The notes under the pieces were generated by a model. It saw only the letters and a program-made list of their open reading frames with translations, searched no databases and was not told the origin of the DNA. A stretch of DNA of 64,000 nucleotides from Octopus sinensis (lineage: Eukaryota): assembly GCF_006345805.1 (NCBI RefSeq), contig NC_043004.1:62434001-62498000 (forward strand), read 5' to 3'. A program made the position numbers and the translations under genes. Position 1 is the first letter of the stretch; the number at the start of each line of letters is the position of its first letter. Positions 55,357-64,000 of the stretch are shown here, piece by piece.

Positions 55357-56795
55357 TGAAAATGCACTGAGAATAGATAGAATATTGTTTGTTAATATAT
55401 TTCAGGTTTTTACCGGTTTCACATTTTACACTGATTTCCCAAAAAATTCAATTAGAAAGATACGGCTTAAGTCGCAGCTGTTTTGCTTCTGATTCGTGTT
55501 CGAAACTGGCACTATTTTTATAGGGAGTTTATGGCTCAAATTAGTATAGGTTTTGAATATGATCTGATTGGTTGAGATAGTCACATGACTAGTCTTAGAA
55601 CTTTTTGTAGGACCCCACTACGCCCTTGCATTGGTATCAAGTGAAATGTTTGACATGATAAGTTATGGCTGACACGTTTGACTGAATATATCCAAACAAT
55701 GAGTTCTCTGAATGTTTTCTGTCAAGTGTTTGTAGAGAATTAACACATTAATAACTTTATAACCTTTTGTACGTTTCCCGCTACGTTCATGCGTTACTGC
55801 CACGCAACAGTATATTTTGAGCCCAAAAAGAAGGCTGACATGCTGAGTTATAATCAAAGCAGTCAAAATTTAATCTGTCTGAAGAGAAAGTGGACAAGAG
55901 TCGTTTGTAAGTAGTCCAGTGGCCAAAGTTTAGGATGTTGGCTGTGTAACTTCTTCATGATATTTATTTTTGTATGTATTCTGTCAAAGTTTGTTTGAAA
56001 GTATTTCTTTTGTTTATCAGTGCTTCATCTGTGATATTTGCTGAACATAGGTAGAGTAGGATAGCATGGAATTTGTGGGACTTATTTTGTGCACATATGT
56101 CCAGGTGTCCACTCAGTGGAATCTGTCTAGTACTGTTTTCGGTGAATGGTCAATCTATATCTTAGATTAATTTCCCTTTGACCTATGTAATATTCATTAC
56201 ATCCTTGATATTTGATAGTGCATATTAATTTCCTTGCAGAACCTGTGAACTGGTTTTTCACGTTAAATGTATGTACTGATTTAAATTTGCATGTTGTGTT
56301 CCAATGAAGTTAGAGCAGGTCCCACAATTGGGGACCTGCTCAATGTTTGACTGTTGGTGTAGGATTTGTGGAAGGTAAATTAGCAATTGTCAGGAATTTT
56401 TCATGTCTTTTACCTTTGATTTTTTGTGTATTTAGAATGGTTGGGTCTTGTTTACTAATATGAATGATTGGTTTTGTTTTAGTAGTGGGATGTTCTGATG
56501 GATAATTTTGAAACAATTGTGCAGATTCTTGTTGCTAGGGTAAAGGGGATATTATTAGTGTTTTCGGATATCAGCCTTAACTTCGGATATCAGCCTTAAC
56601 CATGCCAAAGCTTGTCACTTTCGGCTATCCTTTGCCTATAAAAATAGTGCCAGTTTCAAACACTAGACTAAAGCAAGACAACTACGATATAAACCAGTTG
56701 AATATTTTAGAAAATAAGCGTGTAAGGTGAAACCTGTTATAGCTTTAAATATATTAATACAAACTAATTTAACAATGTTCAGTGCATTTTAACTT
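55357..56795 (-). mobile_element. Penelope-like element remnant (GIY-YIG endonuclease) flanked by ~170-bp inverted repeats
   Basis: Minus strand PNCGTCSN..KNQFTGSARKLICTIKYQGCNEYYIGQREINLRYRLTIHRKQ..RQIPLSGHLDICA (about 56000-56340). gtgttcgaaactggcactatttttatag (55497-55523) is inverted at 56636-56663. Confidence 0.82.
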
Positions 56796-56802
56796 GCATG
56801 TA

Positions 56803-56841
<39 letters not shown>

Positions 56842-57327
56842 GAAATCATGCACACAGGGGCATACACCCACATATAATAACACACATATGCTAAGCACAC
56901 ATACACATAAATATCTATATGTATATAAATTTTGCTTGTGTGTATGCGAGGTACATTAAAGTAAAGGAATTATCTATTGAAAGTGACATTCAAATTTTAT
57001 TTTTATCGGGTGAGATATATTTATTAGAAGATGAGTAGGTACATGATGAACGAAACTATGCTAATATTAAAACGACACAGGGTAAGGGAATATTTATCAT
57101 TGCTTGGTTTGCACTTAGTCATTACTGTCAGGAATGTTGCCCAACTGCCTTTGAAGAATATTTAGTAAATATGTTAAACTGTCTGACTGTTAAACTTCGC
57201 TCACACAGGAATTAACACTCCGTCGTACATAGGAAAATGTTTTTCTTTGAAATAGCATAATTTTTCATGTCTGACATGTGCATTTATATAGCTATGTATA
57301 TACGTATGTTCATCTATCTATCTATTC

Positions 57328-57409
<82 letters not shown>

Positions 57410-57458
57410 TTATCTATCTGTCTGTCTGGTCTACTTATCAATTTACCTATATATATAT

Positions 57459-57579
<121 letters not shown>

Positions 57580-58587
57580 ATATATTTATATATATTTGTA
57601 CATGCATGCATATATGGGTAAAAGACGTCACCAACGGTGCAAATATATTCAAATGCGTGAACAAACGAGGACAGAACGAGTGAAATACGTAAACAACAGG
57701 GAGAAAATAGAGAACACAAGTAAACAGAGAAAAAGTCTATTTCAAATGATATTCAGATATATTTCTGTCATCACAGGTGGAGTGTCGATATATATGCATA
57801 CATATCAACATAGTGATTTGTTTCAAGGATGTATTGTGTGTTTGGTACACAAATATGTATATATATATATATATATACGTACGTTTTCTTTACATCTATA
57901 TGGTTATACGTGTTAATCACTCCATAAAAACCTGTTACATGTCTCTCAACAAAATTATTACGGAGCTATTGAGTGAGAAATAAAATATACTCGAAACCAC
58001 ATTCTTAGTGAACCGAAAGTCTTTAACGTTAAACAAAAATAAATAATATATAACTGTTTGGTTCACACGAGCCTTGCACGACAATATGAATCGTCAAAGA
58101 CAGCTGCTCCCATAGATTCTAAAATAAAATTTTGGATTTATAAAACGTCAATGCTAGGAAGGAAAAAATTACGATAGAGACATGCAAGGAAACAGAACGA
58201 AAACATATATCGAGAGTGGTTAGATAAGATCGAGAAAAAATAGTGAGCTCCTGGGAGAAACATGTTTTTGAAAAGAGAAGTGATAGAAAAGAGAGCGAAA
58301 AAAACGTCTGTTCATTTTAAACGGCTATGCAAGAAAATAAAGACAGTCATGTGAGGAAAAGAAAGATGGACAACGTTTACGTATGAGCAACGAGAGAGCG
58401 AGAGAGAGACAGGGAGAAAAGAGGGGACGAGGAGACGAGGAGAGGCAAGAAGTGACAGAAAACGGTGAATAAGGGATAAGGAGTAAAATGGAATTAGAAA
58501 AAGATGACGGAAGAAAACAGTATAGAGTAGAGTGGCACCAAAAAAGGTGAAGATAAACTGACGTGGAAATGTATGCGCTGCGTTCAG

Positions 58588-58619
<32 letters not shown>

Positions 58620-58682
58620 TATATATATGTATATATATATATACATACATATATACATACATATATACATACATACATATAC

Positions 58683-58726
<44 letters not shown>

Positions 58727-58999
58727 ATATTATTTATATATTTGATTGAAAGCCACGCATCCATTTGCAAATAAATTTATCTTAATCCCTTGATTCGATT
58801 CTACCCTATATTATTTTCTCTCTGAATCTCTCTCCTTCTCTAATTACTTTTTCTCCCCTTCAACGTTGTCTATCTCTCTCTTCCTCTTTCTCCTTTACAT
58901 TCTCTCGTTGCTCACTCGTGACCATCTTTTTTTCCTCACGTGGTCATCTTTCTTTTCTTTCAGGACTGTTCTAAAGACTGAACGTATCTTGTCTCTCTC

Positions 59000-59340
59000 T
59001 TCTATCTTTTTTCTTGTCAAGGAAAATATTTCTCCTGCGTTCTGGTCTCATCGTCGTTCTGGTCACACGTCCCTCCGTGTTTGGTTTGGTCTGTTTCCTT
59101 TTATGTCTCCACTATCCTATTTTTGTTTGCAAATTTGACCCTCCAAAAATTCCAAATTTTATTTTGGTATTTATGGAAGCAACTGTCTTCGAAGTCTCAT
59201 ATTGTTGTCCAGTGCTCGAAATGAGGAGTAGAGAGACAGCCGACAACTGACAAAGGGATTTTCTTTATATTAACTATCCTGTTTTCCACTTGTTTCTTTC
59301 TTTGTTTGCCTATTGACTGTTGGTAATATCTTGTACCCAT
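59000..59340 (+). mobile_element. (TA)n-tailed element of the same family as the 29460 foldback
   Basis: Shares gctcgaaat..cagccgacaactga(c/t)(a/g)aag and tgttttcca..tgtttctttc. Ends tgtaccca(TA)n. The left boundary is uncertain. Confidence 0.6.
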
Positions 59341-59529
59341 ATATATATATATATCTTGTACCCATATATATACATATATCTTGTACCCATATATATATAT
59401 ATATATATATATATAGGTACAGGATCATTAATAATATCAGAGGGTAATCAGAAATGTTTGAAATTTCCATTACCAGTGGCCTAGGGTCTGAAAATTTAGT
59501 CAATAGACTATATATTATTCATATAAATG

Positions 59530-59701
59530 CAGTGTACATTTAAACACATAAGAGGTTCCCATGATAGGATTCCTTGCACGCTAGAGAGGACAGTTAAATT
59601 CCAAACCACTGTCCCTAAATAGTGGTTTGGAATTTGAATTTCCTCTCTAGCCTGCAAGTAATCCTATGACGGAAACCTCTTATGTGTTTAAATGTACACT
59701 G
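59530..59701. mobile_element. Near-perfect 172-bp foldback MITE
   Basis: cagtgtacatttaaacacataagaggtt...aattccaaaccact [short loop] agtggtttggaatt...aacctcttatgtgtttaaatgtacactg. Confidence 0.85.
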
Positions 59702-59726
59702 TGTATACACACACACACACACACTT

Positions 59727-59759
<33 letters not shown>

Positions 59760-60924
59760 ATATCATATATATATATAAGGTCAGGTGAGGTGTGAAATTT
59801 GCGTATTTCCAGAGAAGCAGTCGAGTTCCAGGCCAAAGCCAGAATCATTCCCGGGAACAGAATTCAAGTTTTGCGACGATTATACCGTAAAATGGAGTTG
59901 GCGAAGTGTAAACAAGCCATTGAAAGGAAGAAGACCACGAAAATTATTTAACACATTTTTATTGATAAGCTACAGTTGTTTCTCTACCTTCTCCGTTTGC
60001 ATCGCCAGTTTACGCAAGTCTTCTAAATGAAAAACCATGTAATCTGTGCGGTTTTAGACAATAGGTGTGCTGGTACAGTATACCATCAAACCTTTGATGC
60101 AAGTTTAATGAAGAGCTTCTCTAATTGCTAAATCCGCAAACATGACATCAATTTTGTTTTACAATGTTTGCGCTTCTCGCATCCAATATTTATTGCAAGC
60201 GGGAGATAGAACCTGCTACCCTGGCTTCAACACAACCGGACTACTTGGTTTCGGTTTGCACAGACTCTACTCGATAATGGGTACTTGTGGCCAGGCATGG
60301 CAGTACTGTACCTCACTTGTAATATATAGAAAATACAGTGTGGTACAATCACTGATTTTGTAACTACGAAACTGGTCCTGAGGCTACTATGGAGATATTT
60401 TCTAATACGATTGAATTCCTGACAGGTCTACAGAGGCCAAACTTCATATCAATTTCAGCCCCTGTTGCAACTTTTAGTCACTGAACGATTGACAGGATAT
60501 CGCAGGTTGGTTATTAGATAGCTTCAGACTACACCCAAATTATATAGGAATCCTTTAAAATAAGGGAAAGAGTGCTTGTGTGGGTGTGTGTGTGTGCGTG
60601 TGTGCGTGTGGTCGTGGGGGCATGTAGTACGTTTGTGAGAAAAAGCTTACAAATTTTCCAGTAATTTGTAAATCGGTAATAAGACTATTATTAATGTCCC
60701 TTGCTAGTTTCTTCGGCTCTTCTGCAATCGTACGTCCTTTTACATTTGTAAACTATGTATTTATAGATATACTCTTTAATCGTGTTATTTTGATGATTTG
60801 TTTTTATCTAGTACATTTGGAATCGTCTTGCGATCATTGTTAGAGAGGAAAGATCACGAAACTATAGGTCAGAATAATCTGATGCAATTCTATTTCTTTA
60901 ATACGGTGTGTTGTGTTGATATAA

Positions 60925-60969
<45 letters not shown>

Positions 60970-61352
60970 AGTCTTAAATACGTGTACTTAGAAACAGGTA
61001 TATGCATGTGTGCATATATATATATGTGTGTGTATGTGTGCGTGTGTGTGTTTGCGTAGTCGAGTGTGTGCGTAAGATAGAATGAAGCACCAATGATGCT
61101 CAATATCTCAGGTGAAAACATTACATACATGATGCTGAGGCTGTCATCTTTACATCTTACTTAATTTTAGTTTCCTTGCATCTATCTTACTTAATTTTAG
61201 TTTCCTTGCAGTAACTCATCTACCAGTGATGTATGTATATTAAGCATGTTATAAACGGGGTTATTTTAATTAAATACTTCTTGCATTGCCCTGCGCGCAA
61301 CAATTCCACGTACAGTGGATATTTTAACCACTGTTTCATATGTATATATTTA

Positions 61353-61909
<557 letters not shown>

Positions 61910-61919
61910 ATATATATAT

Positions 61920-61955
<36 letters not shown>

Positions 61956-61984
61956 TTATATGATGTAAATTAAATTTCCGGTCA

Positions 61985-62870
61985 TAGAGTGACCAGTGAC
62001 TTTGGATACATAACTCGTTAAACTTTATGAACAATTTGTGAGACTCCAATGCCCGTGGGCACATAAACGCCCATCAAACTGAAGCTAATTAACCGTTACG
62101 GTCCCTTAATTTATAAGCAAAGGAATAATATACACTGCTTTAGCTTTAAACGGGACAAGTTATTTCCCTCCACCGATCTGGTTAGAAAATCTTACGGACA
62201 TAAAATGCGAACAGGAAACCGCCCTTAGACTGGTCTGCAAGAAATTATTACAAGACCAATCGAAAAATGGGGAATTCCACTCATGCACCAGGTAGCGATT
62301 CACACTGTGCTGTGGGGCGTATATCTCATGTCTTGCATTTAATAGAGATATTGGTCCAGTGTGTTTAAATATCATTCCCCGCTCTGCTCTGCAAAGTTTC
62401 TCCCATCCGCTCCCATTTGTGAAGGACACCGGCTACTCTATGATCTTAAGGCGCCACACGTAGCTGGCCAGGGCCGTGACGTAACATCTTTCCAGAACCT
62501 CAACAGAGGATCTGTGGTTAGACAGGCACTGCTTAAACACAGTTACGAGAGACAGATATATATATCCGAAATTGCGTTCTGGTTGTGTTTACGCCTATGG
62601 TGTATCTTCCGTTGGTTCTGGGTTTGGTGCTGTACTTGTAACCATAGAGCGTGTTACTAGAGAGCGTGGGTATACGGAGCTGTATATGAGGCTCTTGTGC
62701 TATCCAGCCCTTGCAACCAGAAGAATAGCAGCGGCAGAATATACAACAAAATCCTATAACAATGGCAACGGCGGAAGTACCAATACCGACAACTTTGACT
62801 CAATGCAGTGGCTCAACTGAAAACATTGTCGACCACATTGGCAACCGCGGAGGTGAGAGCGGCATCGTAA
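61985..62870 (-). mobile_element. Decayed AP-endonuclease region of an RTE-like LINE
   Basis: Minus-strand remnants GPISLLNA..IYAP, RNG*L and PKSHW..D resemble APE motifs. Heavily degraded. Confidence 0.45.
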
Positions 62871-62949
62871 AATATTGGATATTCTTTATTCTGTGCTTCC
62901 ATTAAACTAATTAATTACTATTATTATTGATATTATTATTATTATTATT

Positions 62950-62991
<42 letters not shown>

Positions 62992-63019
62992 TTCATCATC
63001 ATTATTTTTATTATTATTA

Positions 63020-64000
63020 TAGACGTCAAACTATACAATATCCTGAGGTTGTTGATTGAAGATAGTGTGTCTACCTGGGGTTTGTACAGTTTGTCAAGTC
63101 ACAACAAGGACCTGAGACACACAGCACTTTAGGCAATATGTATGCAATTCCAAGTAATACTGACTTTTGCATACATCTACAATGTAGGATATGTCTAAGT
63201 TTTTCAGATATATTTTTTTAACTTTTGGGTGGTATTGAACCCTATGCTCCGATGACAATAGGGATAACCTTTACGTTTGACTCATAGATGCCACATTTTA
63301 CATCTTTAGAGACCTCAATTCTCAGTTCTCCATATTCATCAACATTTTCTCTTTCTTTCATGATGATATCTTCATCTCCTGTCACCACTACGTTGATTAT
63401 TAGGCTCTCTTGGTTGTCTCTCCTAAAGGTTAGTATATTTTGCCTTCGGTGCTCTAACACATTGTCTGTCTGGAAGACAAAGTGTCAGAGGATTTTTGCC
63501 TTTCCTTTTTCGTCCATTAGCTTTTTCGGTATATGATTGTACCAAACACCCATAACCTCATATCCATACTTACGTCATATTAGCCAGTGGAGGTTTTGGG
63601 CTACTTTTTCCTGTCTACGCTTGTACTAATTCTGCGCAAGACTCTAAGAACACTAACAATGTGAGTCACGCTTTCGACCCGCTTCCCACACGTTCGGCAG
63701 ATATCCATTGCTATTGTGCTATATATTCTTTTTCACTGAGTTTGTATTCAATGCATAGTCCTAGGCTGCGATGATTAGGCTTTCAGTATTCTATTTTTAG
63801 GTCATCCCTGTCGAGCCACCTCCATGATGCTTCTTGGTTTTCAATATGTTGATTTCACAGTGGAACGGACCACGTAATTCCATGCGGAGTAGGATTTCTT
63901 CTCTCTCGTTGGCTGTTCTTGATCTCATTTCATGAGCACTCTCAAGTCGATTTGTGTTAACTACTTCTGTACTAGCAGCATACTGTAGCAGGTCTTGTTT
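63020..64000 (-). mobile_element. Decayed R4/Dong-like LINE 3' region next to (ATT/CAT)n, running off the window
   Basis: IIAA*D, CRTCGKRVESVTHIVS, LEHRR..IINVVVTGD..EYGELRIEV..VIPIVIGA. Microsatellite at 62915-63019. Confidence 0.82.

Noticed and set aside
56313-56341. 11-bp perfect hairpin resembling a terminator
   Set aside because: It lies within the PLE Cys-motif coding relic in eukaryotic DNA, has no U-tract, and is probably incidental.
60347-60384. CTGATTT..gta-ac-tac-GAAAC-tg-GTC, an HHR-like string
   Set aside because: G8 and A9 are missing and the helix II loop is too short.

Overview
AT-rich, microsatellite-dense eukaryotic DNA. The SINE families point to an octopus or other coleoid cephalopod genome (inference from recalled repeats). 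No intact host gene, rRNA, true tRNA or CRISPR array is supported, and almost all listed ORFs are microsatellite or repeat read-throughs. The window is a mosaic of mobile elements. It holds three or four tRNA-derived SINE families with shuffled heads and tails, and a cluster of (AAT)n-associated R4/Dong-like non-LTR retrotransposons (RT plus restriction-like endonuclease), one broken only by a single nonsense codon and 5' truncation. It also holds decayed mariner/Tc1 elements, MITEs, Helitron remnants, RTE fragments and a Penelope-like GIY-YIG remnant. The most interesting layer is a set of short non-coding elements inside (TA)n arrays that carry minimal type I hammerhead ribozyme (HHR) motifs with palindromic helix III. 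These include a 1.5-unit tandem of a highly structured ~490-nt unit with one HHR per unit (retrozyme/circRNA-like), an HHR with a compensatory U3-A8 core pair, and several elements with inverted duplications of their 3' ends. A 100-bp locally templated insertion with a snap-back hairpin junction records a DNA repair event inside a mariner. All alignments and folds were done by eye.
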